A stretch of DNA of 64,000 nucleotides from a virus (IMGVR_UViG_2832249651_000002:1-64000); one strand, 5' to 3'. Shown: positions 8,222-18,705, counted from the stretch's first letter. Made by a program: numbers and translations. The notes: a model not told the origin generated them from the letters alone.

Positions 8222-10352
8222 ACATTAAACTAAATTGGCTACACCTAAAGAATTTCAAAGGAATTAAGGATTTTAAGCTAGTAGCAAACGGAAAGAATGT
8301 TTCAGTATTTGCAGATAATGGAAAAGGAAAAACTACTCTAATGGATGCTTTCCTTTGGCTCTTATTCAATAAAGATAGTAACGATAGTACAAACTTTACA
8401 GTAAAGCCCCAATCAGAAGATGGCAGGACATTCATCACCTACAGACCGAAGTAGAAGCAGAACTATTAATAGATGGAAAACCATTAAAAATAAAGAAAAT
8501 GCAAGAGGAAAAATGGGTTAAAAGGCAAGGTACAACAGAAAGAGTATTTGATGGACATAAAACTTCATATTGGTTTAATGAAGTACCAGTAAAAGCAACA
8601 GAGTATAAGACAAAAGTGGATGATTTAATCAATGAAAATATATTCAAGATGATTACCAACCCACTATTTTTTAACACCAAATTGAAGTGGGAAGAAAGAA
8701 GAAAGATTCTTTTAGAAATATCAGGAGATGCGACGGATGAACAGATAATAGCTTCAGATGAAAGTTTAGCAAGATTAACTGAAATATTAAACGGTAGGTC
8801 CATAGATGATTATAAATTAGTCTTAGCAGATAAACTCAAAGGCCTTAAAAAAGAAAGAGACGATTTGCCACCAAGAATTGATGAATTAACACTATCACTT
8901 CCTCAGGAAGAAATTGACTATTCGGCAATAGAAGTTGAATTAAAAGGATATAAGGACCAATTAGCAACGATTGAATTTCTAATGACCAATGCTACTAATA
9001 AAGCCAATGGACTCAATAAGAAACATCAAGAGTTATATTCATTAAAAGGCCAACTAGAGAAGGTCAAAGAAAAAATTAAGTTAGAGTCGGGAGCAGATAG
9101 GCAGGAACTGGTAAATAAAAAACTAGAGTTAGAAAATGGTAAATACCTTCTAGAAAGCAATATTCAATTTCTAAAAAATAGTATAGGCGATAGGTCAGCT
9201 ATTGAACTTGGAGAAGAACAATTGAGTAAATTAAGGGCTGAATGGAGTTCTTTAGATAGCAAGAGAAAAGAAATTATGAATTGGGAATTTGTAGAGCCAT
9301 CTGAAGATGATTTTAATTGTCCTACTTGTAATCAAGCTTTGCCACAGGATTCAAAAGATGCAAAGATAGACGAAATGTATGAGAACTTCAAGAAAAATAA
9401 AAAGGCTGAACTTGATAATGTAATAGCTCAGCTAAACAAAAATAAAGAAGATGGTTTAAATACTGCTAAAAGAAATGAGTTAAATAAGCAAAATAAGTTA
9501 TCTCTTGAAAAAGAATTAGAAGAAAAATTATTAAAACTAGAAGAAATATCAAAATCAATAGCTGAATTAGAAGTAGAGTTATCCAAACCAGTAGTTGAAC
9601 CAGATTACACTCAAAATAAAGAATACAATGAAATATTCAGTAAAATCGAACAGTTGCAAACTGAATTAGATAAACCTGTAGAGGATAAGTCAGTTGAATT
9701 ACTTCAAAGAAAATCAGAAATACAAGCTCAAATAGATGATTGCAATAAGGTCTTAAACAGTAAAACAGAAACCGAGAAGAAAAAAGCTAGAATAGAGGAA
9801 TTAAAGACAGAGGAAAAGAGAGTATCGGCTCTTATAGCTGAATTGGAAGGTCATAAATTCTTGCTTGAAAGATTTACAGTAGCGAAGGTAAATCTACTTG
9901 AAGATAGCATAAATAGCCAATTCAAACACGTAAGATTTAAGTTGTTTGAAGAAAACATTACTAATGAAGGGGTCAAGGAAACTTGTGTTGCTCTAGTGAA
10001 TACTAACGGATCTTACGTTAAATTTGAAGATGGAAACCTAGCAGGGCAGATAAATGCAGGTTTAGATATAATTTCAGCCTTATCCAAATTTTACGGTGTT
10101 CAGGCTCCAATATTCATAGACAATAGGGAGTCAGTGAGTGAAATCATGGAAATTGATAGCCAGATAATTAATCTAATTAAGCCACCAACATGGAATGAGT
10201 TGGATAAGTCAATTAGAAATATGTTGATTGAAAAGCAAATAGAGAAATATCCAGAAGTATCGGCAACAGAAGACCCAATATACCACTTAGATGTAGCTAG
10301 ACGTGAATGGAATGATAGGAATAGTAGCTTAAGGGTGGAGATAGGAGAATAA
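8218..10352 (+). CDS. SMC/Rad50(SbcC)-like AAA ATPase, split by a 1-nt deletion near 8423
   Basis: LKNFKGI and NGKGKTT in the first ORF; coiled coil, CPTC hook and PIFIDNRES in the second; one added base restores DIHHLQTEVEAE. Confidence 0.88.
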
Positions 10353-10537
10353 TGCCAGAACTTAAAATAGGCGACAGATTTTATTCTGTAGGCAACTTCT
10401 ATGTAACTTTAAATGAAATAACTGACACGGACTATGTATTTATAGATGATGGAGGTTCTCCATGGGGTGGTTCCAAGAAGGATATAGGAGATTTTATAGT
10501 ACAAGGGATATTAACTAAAGTAAGTGAGGTGGAGTAG
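10352..10537 (+). CDS. Hypothetical protein
   Basis: Coupled ORF. Confidence 0.55.
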   Translation: MPELKIGDRFYSVGNFYVTLNEITDTDYVFIDDGGSPWGGSKKDIGDFIVQGILTKVSEVE

Positions 10538-10708
10538 GTGGAAATTAAAGTAATAAATCTTTCTGATGAATCAGAATTTGAAAATATAGTAAATGCTTAT
10601 TTAAAAGAGGGTTGGAAAGTATCTTCAACATCTTGTGGGTTTATAGATAGTGATACCTATAATTATGCAAGTGTGCTACAAGTAATTTTAATTAAGGAGG
10701 AATGCTAA

Positions 10709-11710
10709 ATGTCAAATAATCAAGTAGCAGTTCAAGATATAGATTTATCTTTAAGTCAAAGATTTACAAATGCAATGGTACAAGAGTTTCAAAGCGGGGT
10801 AGGGGCAGTAGCTCTTACCGACTTCCAACAAAGATTAGCACAGAATTATTTTATAGCTATAGATGCAGCTTTAAAGACAGCAGAAATAAATAGACAAAGA
10901 AAGAAAACTAATAAAGATCCATTACCAGTAGTTTGGCAAAATGTAGATATGAATTTATTAGCTAGAAATTTAGTAAGCTATGCAAGAATTGGACTAGACC
11001 CAGCCCAAAAAAATCATATTCATGCTATGCCTTTTAAGAATAATTCAACTAATAAATATGACATTGTTTTTATCGAAGGATATAGAGGAATTGAATTAAA
11101 GGCTCAAAAGTACGGATTAGATGTACCAGATGCAGTAATAGTTGAACTTGTATATTCAAATGACCATTTTAAGCCAGTTAAGAAAAGTAGAACAAATAAA
11201 ATTGAAGATTATGAGCTTGAAATTACCAATGCATTTAATAGAGGGGAAATTATAGGAGGATTTTACTACCACTTATACAATGATAATCCATCTAAAAATA
11301 AATTAGTAATCATGACTATTGATGACATATTGAAAAGAAAACCTAAATATGCAAGTGCAGAGTTTTGGGGTGGAGAAAAAGATGTTTGGAAAAATGGGCA
11401 AGTAGTCGGAAAGGAAAAGATTGAAGGTTGGTATGAACAAATGTGTTATAAGACCATCTATAGAGCAGCTTACAACGATATTACCATAGATAGCCAAAAG
11501 ATAGATGATGATTATCTGAGATTAAAACAGTTAGAAAATCAAGCTACAGAAAGTATGGTACAGGCTGAAATTGAAGAAAACGCAAATACTGAATACCTAG
11601 ATTTTGATGGAGATACAGGAGAAATCGTAGATGGTGAAGTTGTCGAGGAAGAACCAGAGGTTGTGGAAGTAGAGGAAGAACAAATTGAAATGGAAGGACC
11701 AGGATACTAA
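10709..11710 (+). CDS. recT: RecT-family single-strand annealing protein
   Basis: GLDPAQKNHI..PF, EGYRGIE, VELVYSND, MCYKT, acidic tail; between ATPase and MBL nuclease. Confidence 0.8.
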   Translation: MSNNQVAVQDIDLSLSQRFTNAMVQEFQSGVGAVALTDFQQRLAQNYFIAIDAALKTAEINRQRKKTNKDPLPVVWQNVDMNLLARNLVSYARIGLDPAQKNHIHAMPFKNNSTNKYDIVFIEGYRGIELKAQKYGLDVPDAVIVELVYSNDHFKPVKKSRTNKIEDYELEITNAFNRGEIIGGFYYHLYNDNPSKNKLVIMTIDDILKRKPKYASAEFWGGEKDVWKNGQVVGKEKIEGWYEQMCYKTIYRAAYNDITIDSQKIDDDYLRLKQLENQATESMVQAEIEENANTEYLDFDGDTGEIVDGEVVEEEPEVVEVEEEQIEMEGPGY

Positions 11711-12051
11711 TGAAAAGTATCGAAGAAATTAAGCAAAATGAAAGATTAATTATTCAACAGATAGGTCTAGATGGAGGGTATGCCTTTGCATATCTTCCAG
11801 GAACTAAAAAGCCAGTAGCAGTGATATTTAGTTGTGGTGGAGATTGGGACCATGTATCGGCAAGTTATTCAAATAGGACTCCTACTTGGGATGAAATGTG
11901 TTACATCAAGGATATTTTCTTTAGTGAAGATGAATGTGTAATACAGTATCATCCACCTAAGAGTGATTATGTAAACAACCATCCTCACACGTTGCATCTA
12001 TGGAAACCTCAAAATGAGAATATTCCAATGCCACCAAAATCTATGGTTTAG
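11710..12051 (+). CDS. Conserved phage protein
   Basis: WDHVS...PTWDEMC.IKDIFF...YVN.HP..LHLW motif. Confidence 0.7.
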   Translation: MKSIEEIKQNERLIIQQIGLDGGYAFAYLPGTKKPVAVIFSCGGDWDHVSASYSNRTPTWDEMCYIKDIFFSEDECVIQYHPPKSDYVNNHPHTLHLWKPQNENIPMPPKSMV

Positions 12052-12061
12052 GAGTGATTAA

Positions 12062-12802
12062 ATGAAATTAAAAGTTTTAGCAAGTGGAAGTAAAGGTAAT
12101 TGCTATATCTTAGAAACTTTAGCAGGGACCCTCATATTAGAATGTGGTATCTCTTGGAAAGAGATATTACTAGGTTTGAACTATGATATATCAAGGGTGA
12201 TAGGTTGTTTGGTTAGTCACGAGCATAAAGATCACTCAAGAGCTATTGAAGATGTAATGAACGCTGGAATTGATGTATGGACTAGTCAAGGAACTATAGA
12301 AGCATTAGGGATAAAACATTATAGGCTTAAACCCATAAAAGATAAAGATAGATTACTTATGGGAGATATGACCATATTACCATTTGAAGTTCAGCATGAT
12401 GCAAAAGAACCACTAGGTTTCTTAATAAGAAATAGACCAACTGGTGAGAACTTATTATTCATCACAGATAGTTATTACAGTAAATATAAATTCAAGGATT
12501 TAAAGTATATCATGGTTGAATGCAACTATATCAAAGAAACGTTAGATGAAAACATAGAGAATGGATATATCGACCAAGCTATGAAACCAAGGTTACTACA
12601 GAGCCATTTCAGCCTTGAAAATGTAAAGGAATTTCTAAAAACTAATGATTTAAGTCAATGTCGTGAAATTGTACTCTTGCATTTATCAGATAGAAATAGC
12701 GATTCTGAACAGATGATGAGAGAAATTAGGGAAGTAACAGGCATTACACCTAAAGTGGCAACTAGAGGGTTGGAAGTGGAATTAAATTTATATCCATATT
12801 AG
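12062..12802 (+). CDS. Metallo-beta-lactamase-fold nuclease (YycJ-like)
   Basis: SGSKGN, HEHKDH, HDA, LLHLS. Confidence 0.88.
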   Translation: MKLKVLASGSKGNCYILETLAGTLILECGISWKEILLGLNYDISRVIGCLVSHEHKDHSRAIEDVMNAGIDVWTSQGTIEALGIKHYRLKPIKDKDRLLMGDMTILPFEVQHDAKEPLGFLIRNRPTGENLLFITDSYYSKYKFKDLKYIMVECNYIKETLDENIENGYIDQAMKPRLLQSHFSLENVKEFLKTNDLSQCREIVLLHLSDRNSDSEQMMREIREVTGITPKVATRGLEVELNLYPY

Positions 12803-12807
12803 GAGGG

Positions 12808-13056
12808 TTGTATGTGAAAAGATGTGAACATTGTATTAACTGCAAAATCATTATTGATGAACTCACCAATGCAGAGGCAAGATGTATGGCGACAAAGTCC
12901 AAGAAAGGGAGATGTATTACTTGGGCGTGCACAGTTTATAAAACAAGAGAAGATGCTATGTGGCGTGTAAATGGAACTGCTGGAGAAAGCAGGGTAAAAG
13001 AATCGCTGTCGAAATAAAAGAAGGCTCCAAGTTGGTGTCCTTTAAGGGGTGATTAA
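12808..13056 (+). CDS. Cys-rich hypothetical protein; in-frame TAA at 13015 probably an error
   Basis: The frame continues KKAPSWCPLRGD after the stop, a common PxWCPL ending in such proteins. Confidence 0.5.
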
Positions 13057-13362
13057 ATGAAAAGATTAATTGCCAAAAGAAGATTAGGGCTAAAATGTGA
13101 ATTTTGCAACAGAACTATCTTCAAGGGTGAAGTTTATTACAAGCATAGGACTGTATTTACAGAAGAAAACAGGGTTTATGGGTATACGTCTTACATTTGC
13201 CCTAAATGTAAATATAAAAGAGAACAATGGCATCTAAGATTTTTAATATTCAAGCATAATAAATGTACTCATCCAAAGGAATTTATAGATACAAAGTATA
13301 CCAACGAAAGATGTCCAAGTCCAGATTATGACTATTGCAGGTTATGTGGAACTGCATTTTAA
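13057..13362 (+). CDS. Zn-finger hypothetical protein
   Basis: CxxC pairs. Confidence 0.6.
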   Translation: MKRLIAKRRLGLKCEFCNRTIFKGEVYYKHRTVFTEENRVYGYTSYICPKCKYKREQWHLRFLIFKHNKCTHPKEFIDTKYTNERCPSPDYDYCRLCGTAF

Positions 13363-13386
13363 AAATAAAAAATAGGGGGAATTATC

Positions 13387-13911
13387 GTGGAACAAATTAT
13401 ACAAAATTTAAAACAGCAAGCAAGAGAGTCATGGAGTGGCAGAACAGGAGAAGAAAGGGCAGAAAATCTTGAAAAGTATTTAAGAAATAAATTAGAGGAG
13501 TATTCAAAAGCATTAGGAATTTCGCAAGAAGAAATTCTGAAATCTTGGGAAGAAGATAGAAATTATTCCACAATCAATTATTATCAAGAATGCAATCAAC
13601 CTTCTATAAAAAGTGATAAGACGAAGGTGTTTGAGACGGTTGAGGATATGTTGAAGTCTATAGGTAAGCGAGGGTTTAGATGCCCTTCATGTGGTGGGAT
13701 TTCTTCAAGTCCATATGAATGTAATAGTGGGTTAGAGATGGCTAAAGGCAAAACATGTGATTGGAAAGTATATGGATTATTTGGAGACTTAGGCAAAGGA
13801 GTATTTGTTTACTGTAAAGATAAGTTAAAAGGCGAAACAATATTTATGCCTATAGCATGGGAAAATAACGAAGTGGAAGTTGAACCAGAGCCAGAGCCAA
13901 GTTTTAGCTAA
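13387..13911 (+). CDS. Hypothetical phage protein
   Basis: FRCPSCG, CDWKVYGLF. Confidence 0.65.
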   Translation: MEQIIQNLKQQARESWSGRTGEERAENLEKYLRNKLEEYSKALGISQEEILKSWEEDRNYSTINYYQECNQPSIKSDKTKVFETVEDMLKSIGKRGFRCPSCGGISSSPYECNSGLEMAKGKTCDWKVYGLFGDLGKGVFVYCKDKLKGETIFMPIAWENNEVEVEPEPEPSFS

Positions 13912-14500
13912 AGGGGTGAGGACAATTAATAAAGATACTAAAATAACTATTTTATATTTTTTAGTTTTCTTAGTAGCTATAGGAGCATTAAAGGCAGTGA
14001 TTAATGAAACAAAGGCAGAAATCGAAACTTTAAAAGTAGAAATAGGACAACTAGAGGATGAAAGGTTAAAGTTGCAGAATCGAAAGGAATTTCTTGAGGA
14101 TATCCTAATTAGAAATAAGCAAGAAAAGGAAATGTTAATTCTGCAAGTAAATGATTTAGAAAAAGAAAACGAGCAACTAAGGACAATTAGAGCAAAACTG
14201 ACAGCTTATTCTCCTTTGGATAATCGTGACGGCCAACAAGCTGAAGGTGACCCCACTAGAACATCTATAGGTAAAAGAGTAAGTCGAGGAATAGTGGCAG
14301 CAGACCCAAGGAAGCTTCCATATGGTACTAAATTAGAAATACCGAATTGGGGAGTTGTAGAAGTTGGTGACACTGGTGCAGCTTTAAGAAATGACAATAA
14401 AAATATCAGGATAGATTTATTTCACGAAACTTATAATCAGGCCATGCAATTCGGTGTCAAAGATACAGAAGTCAAGATACTAGAATGGGGCGATAATTAA
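13880..14500 (+). CDS. Membrane-anchored coiled-coil 3D-domain (MltA-like) muralytic protein
   Basis: TM helix, coiled coil, TAYS, VAADPRKLPYGT, DTG, RIDLF; true start probably near 13916-13925. Confidence 0.85.
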   Translation: MNQSQSQVLAKGVRTINKDTKITILYFLVFLVAIGALKAVINETKAEIETLKVEIGQLEDERLKLQNRKEFLEDILIRNKQEKEMLILQVNDLEKENEQLRTIRAKLTAYSPLDNRDGQQAEGDPTRTSIGKRVSRGIVAADPRKLPYGTKLEIPNWGVVEVGDTGAALRNDNKNIRIDLFHETYNQAMQFGVKDTEVKILEWGDN

Positions 14501-15417
14501 TGGCAGAAGTTAAATGGATAAAAATTGTCACAGATATATTTGATGATGAAAAAATATTGTTTATAGAGCAATTGCCTGAAGCAGATTCAATTATAGTCAT
14601 TTGGTTTAAATTACTAACATTGGCAGGTAAAATCAACAACGGTGGAGTTCTATTATTCAATGACAGGATACCTTACACGGATGAAATGTTATCGACAATA
14701 TTTAGAAGGCCAATAAATACAGTTAGATTAGCATTAAGGACATTTGAAGATTTTGAAATGGTAGAAATAATTAACGATACAATAACTATTCCAAATTGGA
14801 GTAAACATCAGACCTTAGACCAGCTAGAGGAAAGAAAAGAATATATGAAACATTATATGAGGGAGTATAGAGAAAGGCAAAGGATGTTAGCTAGTGGTGA
14901 AGAATGTAAAGTTAACAGTAAATCTAACAATGTACCTAACAGTAAAGCTAATGTTAGCTCCCTAGATATAGAAGAAGATAGAGAAGAAGATAGAGAAGAA
15001 GATATAGATATAGAAATAGATAAAGATACTACTATAGAAAAACCTTCAATAGCACCACATAAAGAAATAGCTGAACTTTATAATGCTATATGTATTTCAT
15101 TCAATCCAGTAAAACAGATAACTAATAACCGCAAAGGCAATATGAATGCACGTTATAGGGAAAATGGTTGTAATGTAGAAGTTTTTAGAACTGTATTTAA
15201 TAAAGTGCAAAATAGTAGCTTTCTAAGAAAGGGTTGGAATACTGGAGGAAAGGCAGACTTTGAATGGATAATGAAACCGACTAATTTTGTGAAGATATTA
15301 GAAGGAAAATATGATGATAAAACAGATGGAGGTGACTCAAGTGGAGCAAATAAGCCAAGCAATCAAGAACATGACCAATACGAAGGAATCGGAATTAAAC
15401 TTAATGACTTGCCGTAA
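14500..15417 (+). CDS. Phage replisome organiser (initiator)
   Basis: VKWIKIVTDIFDDEKI, IPNWSKHQ, C-terminal ADFEWIMKPTNFVKILEGKY. Confidence 0.9.
   Translation: MAEVKWIKIVTDIFDDEKILFIEQLPEADSIIVIWFKLLTLAGKINNGGVLLFNDRIPYTDEMLSTIFRRPINTVRLALRTFEDFEMVEIINDTITIPNWSKHQTLDQLEERKEYMKHYMREYRERQRMLASGEECKVNSKSNNVPNSKANVSSLDIEEDREEDREEDIDIEIDKDTTIEKPSIAPHKEIAELYNAICISFNPVKQITNNRKGNMNARYRENGCNVEVFRTVFNKVQNSSFLRKGWNTGGKADFEWIMKPTNFVKILEGKYDDKTDGGDSSGANKPSNQEHDQYEGIGIKLNDLP
14906..15030 (+). repeat. Iteron-like repeats inside the initiator gene (probable origin)
   Basis: Four 12-bp units GTAAAGTTAACA, GTAAATCTAACA, ATGTACCTAACA, GTAAAGCTAATG, then GAAGAAGATAGA repeats. Confidence 0.65.
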
Positions 15418-16189
15418 ATGTGGAGAAAAGCTGGTTATGGAAGTAAATATATTAGGCGAAAAGAAGATAGTGCCAATCTCATGCAAATGCCAGCAATCAG
15501 AATATAAAAAAAGAAAAGAAGATGAAGCTAAAAAAGAAATGCAAAAGAAATTAGATAAATTAAGAAAATATTCCCTAATGAACAGTAAATTCTTTGATTG
15601 CACCTTTGAAACTTATGACATAGACAAGCAGAACTCTAATTTATACAAGATTGCACTTAACTACTGTAAACAATGGCCAGATATGAAAAAAGAGGGAATC
15701 GGTTTAATGTTTTGGGGGACTCCTGGTACTGGTAAATCTCATACATCATTTTGTATAGCGAATGAACTTATGAAGAATTTAACTCCAGTGATTGCTATAA
15801 GTTCTATTGGTCTGATTGGAAAGATTTATGACAGCTATAGGAAATATGGAACTGAAGGAGAATATGAGATAATAAATACTTTTAACAATGCAGATTTACT
15901 CATAATAGACGATTTAGGGTCAGAGCATGAGAGTCATGGAGGAAAAGAGAAACAGATACTTTATTCAGTCATAGATACTAGAATTAGAAACGGAAAACCG
16001 ATGATAGTAACTACAAATTTAACTTTATTACAGCTAAAAGATAAATTAACTTATGATGATGGAGTCCCAAGAACTTATGACAGATTGATAGAAATGTGTA
16101 CGCCAATTCAAATAGAAGGACCATCAAGAAGGGTTATATCGGCTAGGAAGAAACAGAAAGAAGTATTAGAGAGATTGTTGAAGGATTAG
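15341..16189 (+). CDS. DnaC/IstB-like helicase loader ATPase
   Basis: CxxC/CxC Zn site, GTPGTGKS, LLIIDDLG, TTN; GTG start after GGAGGTG. Confidence 0.9.
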   Translation: MEQISQAIKNMTNTKESELNLMTCRKCGEKLVMEVNILGEKKIVPISCKCQQSEYKKRKEDEAKKEMQKKLDKLRKYSLMNSKFFDCTFETYDIDKQNSNLYKIALNYCKQWPDMKKEGIGLMFWGTPGTGKSHTSFCIANELMKNLTPVIAISSIGLIGKIYDSYRKYGTEGEYEIINTFNNADLLIIDDLGSEHESHGGKEKQILYSVIDTRIRNGKPMIVTTNLTLLQLKDKLTYDDGVPRTYDRLIEMCTPIQIEGPSRRVISARKKQKEVLERLLKD

Positions 16190-16200
16190 GAGGTGACTTT

Positions 16201-16467
16201 GTGGGAAGTAGGAATGAAGATTATATCGAGCAAAGAGCAATTGATACGGCAAATTATCTTATAGAAAATAATTCGACTATAAGGGAAACAGCTAAGCATA
16301 TGGGAGTGTCTAAGACAACCGTTCATAAGGATTTAGTAATTAGGCTCAAGGATATAAATCACTCTTTGTATGAAAATGTAAAAGAAGTCTTAGCTACAAA
16401 CTGGGAAGAGAGATATCTTAGGGGTGGATTGGCTACAAAGAAAAAGCATGAGATGTTGAGAGAATAG
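16201..16467 (+). CDS. spoIIID: Sporulation transcriptional regulator SpoIIID homologue
   Basis: IEQRAIDTANYLIENNSTIRETAKHMGVSKTTVHKDL...RGGLATKKK. Confidence 0.93.
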   Translation: MGSRNEDYIEQRAIDTANYLIENNSTIRETAKHMGVSKTTVHKDLVIRLKDINHSLYENVKEVLATNWEERYLRGGLATKKKHEMLRE

Positions 16468-16477
16468 GAGGGATTAT

Positions 16478-16624
16478 TTGAAAACTAAAATAAGGTTTGG
16501 ATTTAAGAGCAAATATCAGTTGCCACTATTTATGGTTTGGAGAGAGTACCAAAATGAAGATGGTGAAGTAGAATTTGCAAAAGTAATATTTTCAACTGAA
16601 AACCTTTTCCGAAAATCCTGCTAG
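16478..16624 (+). CDS. Small hypothetical protein (48 aa)
   Basis: GGAGG RBS, TTG start, open frame to TAG. Confidence 0.5.
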   Translation: MKTKIRFGFKSKYQLPLFMVWREYQNEDGEVEFAKVIFSTENLFRKSC

Positions 16625-16806
16625 AGCAGGTTACGAGCCTGAGATTAGTATCATCATAATCAATTAAGTTGGCGACTTATTAAAAGGCGTGTTTGCTGTA
16701 GAAACGAAGTATAAAACTTGCATATTGTAGCGTGAGTATTTAGCCAGTACGAGCATGGGAAGGCTTTGCAAGTTCCTACTTGAAGATGAAATAAATTTCA
16801 AGTAGG
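16603..16806 (+). ncRNA. Candidate structured RNA / leader
   Basis: Eight hand-identified stems in ~200 nt; last stem covers part of the downstream RBS. Confidence 0.5.
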
Positions 16807-17552
16807 TGGAAAGGTTGAAACAAATAGTAATGTTTAGTGGTGGAGCAAGTAGTAGTTATTTAGCTAAGTTGGTTGTAGAGAAATATGGTAAAGAAAATAC
16901 TATCTTCCTTCACACACCAACTTATGCAGAAGATCCAGATGCAGATAGATTTAGAGCAGAAGTAGCTGAATGTCTAGGATTACCAATCACAGTTGAAGAA
17001 GATGGTCGAAGCCTATGGCAACTAATAGAAGATAACAACTGTTTACCAAGTTTTCATATACCATTTTGTACAACGGATTTAAAAATAAAACAGAGTAGAA
17101 AGTTTTGGAATAGATTGAAAAACCGAGGAATTGATTTTACAGTTCATTTTGGATATGGGGCTGACGAGTGGAGAAGAGTCCAGAAACAATCAATAAGATT
17201 TGAAAAAGAAGAAATTAAAAGCAAATATCTAATATTTGAGAAAAGAATTGATGACAAGGAAATAAAAAGAATTATCAAAGAAGAATGGAAGATAGAGTTG
17301 CCAAGAGCATACAAGTACCTAAAGCATAATAACTGTATACCTTGTTTCAAGGGTGGTAAGGGACATTTTAAGCAAGTAGCTAAGTATTACCCTGATGATT
17401 TTAAAAAAGCTGTAGAAATGGAAGAAAAAATAGGACATACAGTTTTTAAAGATTGCACCTTAAAGGATTTGTGGGATGAGGTTCAAGCCAATAAAAATCA
17501 ATTAACATTCTTAGATGATGATTTTAATATACCTTGTGAGTGCATGGATTAA
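16806..17552 (+). CDS. PAPS-reductase/PP-loop family protein with Cys motifs
   Basis: MFSGGASS PP-loop, PFCT, HNNCIPCFKGG, C-terminal CEC. Confidence 0.8.
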   Translation: MERLKQIVMFSGGASSSYLAKLVVEKYGKENTIFLHTPTYAEDPDADRFRAEVAECLGLPITVEEDGRSLWQLIEDNNCLPSFHIPFCTTDLKIKQSRKFWNRLKNRGIDFTVHFGYGADEWRRVQKQSIRFEKEEIKSKYLIFEKRIDDKEIKRIIKEEWKIELPRAYKYLKHNNCIPCFKGGKGHFKQVAKYYPDDFKKAVEMEEKIGHTVFKDCTLKDLWDEVQANKNQLTFLDDDFNIPCECMD

Positions 17553-17567
17553 GAAAGGAGGAATTGG

Positions 17568-18077
17568 ATGAATTACATTACAGCAGAGCAGTTTTTAGAA
17601 TTACCTAAGGAAGTTCAGAAAGTATTTATTGATTGGTGGGAAATCGAAGAAGGTGACTTAATTTATTCTGTAGATGAAGATAAGGAATTTACAGTAGCAA
17701 GAGTAGATGAAGAGTTCAGAGGAGAAGGAGATTATTGGTATTACGATTATGATGCAGATAATCTAATGCTGTTCAGTAAATCGCCTGATGAAGGTGAATA
17801 TATAGAGATTCCCTTATTTAGGATAGATCAGCTAATAGAATTTATTCAAATTAAATATAAACATATTGGAGTAAATAATTTTATTCCATATGAAAAGATG
17901 ACAAAGACCATTAGAACATCATCTGATAAAGGAATTTATGAATGGAGTGTAAAGCTATTTAAAAGTATGATGCAATTTGAACCTGATATAGAAGTCTTAA
18001 ATGAAGATTTATTACAGGCATTTTGGGAAACAGCAGTAATGGTGGCAGAGGAAATTGGAGGAATGAATGATGACTAA
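17568..18077 (+). CDS. Hypothetical phage protein
   Basis: Strong RBS; YITAEQFL...PL..I.QLIEFI. Confidence 0.65.
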   Translation: MNYITAEQFLELPKEVQKVFIDWWEIEEGDLIYSVDEDKEFTVARVDEEFRGEGDYWYYDYDADNLMLFSKSPDEGEYIEIPLFRIDQLIEFIQIKYKHIGVNNFIPYEKMTKTIRTSSDKGIYEWSVKLFKSMMQFEPDIEVLNEDLLQAFWETAVMVAEEIGGMNDD

Positions 18078-18693
18078 TATAACTAAACAAAACAAACATG
18101 AGATTTACATGAGGGCATACTTTAAATCATTGTTAGCAGTATTGGAGGAAGAAAATAAAGTATCGGAGCATATCAAAAAAACAATCTTTTATGGAGTAAA
18201 AGCAATTATTACAAGACCAAGATTAGAATATATAACCAGAGAAGAAGTAACTCACAGATTTCAGACTATAAATATAATACAAGATTGCATAGGGCTTTTA
18301 ACTCCAAAAGAGTTCATGAATATATTCCCTATAGCCAAGGAATATGACGGTTATAAATGGGAAATGAAAGATTACTTTTATACCATTAATTATATTAATA
18401 CGCTAGATTCTAACGTGCCTATAGGTACAGGTGATAAGATATTAGATTTTCTATGGAAATATTATAATCGTGATATTTTAATGTTTTGCGTTGAAAGTAT
18501 GATTTGTGCAAGTGATTTGAGGAAATTAGAGGGTTACTCTTCGTTGTTGGAAGAATGGGCAACAGAAAATGGAATTAAGACATATGTAATGCATACAGAC
18601 AGTAAGGGAAATCAATTCCTACTAGATAAGGAAACAGGTACTACAACTAAAGTGTCAAAGCCAAGACCTAAACATTTAAAAATAGTTAAATAG
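18067..18693 (+). CDS. Hypothetical phage protein
   Basis: Long ORF, coupled. Confidence 0.65.
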   Translation: MMTNITKQNKHEIYMRAYFKSLLAVLEEENKVSEHIKKTIFYGVKAIITRPRLEYITREEVTHRFQTINIIQDCIGLLTPKEFMNIFPIAKEYDGYKWEMKDYFYTINYINTLDSNVPIGTGDKILDFLWKYYNRDILMFCVESMICASDLRKLEGYSSLLEEWATENGIKTYVMHTDSKGNQFLLDKETGTTTKVSKPRPKHLKIVK

Positions 18694-18705
18694 GAGGGAT
18701 AATCA

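Noticed and set aside
13007-13013. Spo0A box TGTCGAA
   Set aside because: Single copy inside a coding region, expected by chance
14968-15030. CRISPR-like repeats
   Set aside because: In-frame low-complexity repeats with no spacers; no cas genes
16775-16806. Possible minimal hammerhead ribozyme (TTGAAGA..GAAA inside a stem)
   Set aside because: Lacks the CUGANGA core, stem II and a valid NUH site; a simple hairpin explains it
16603-16806. SAM-I riboswitch or T-box before a sulfur-related fold
   Set aside because: No AUC..GAG/GCAACC/GUGC core and no T-box sequence
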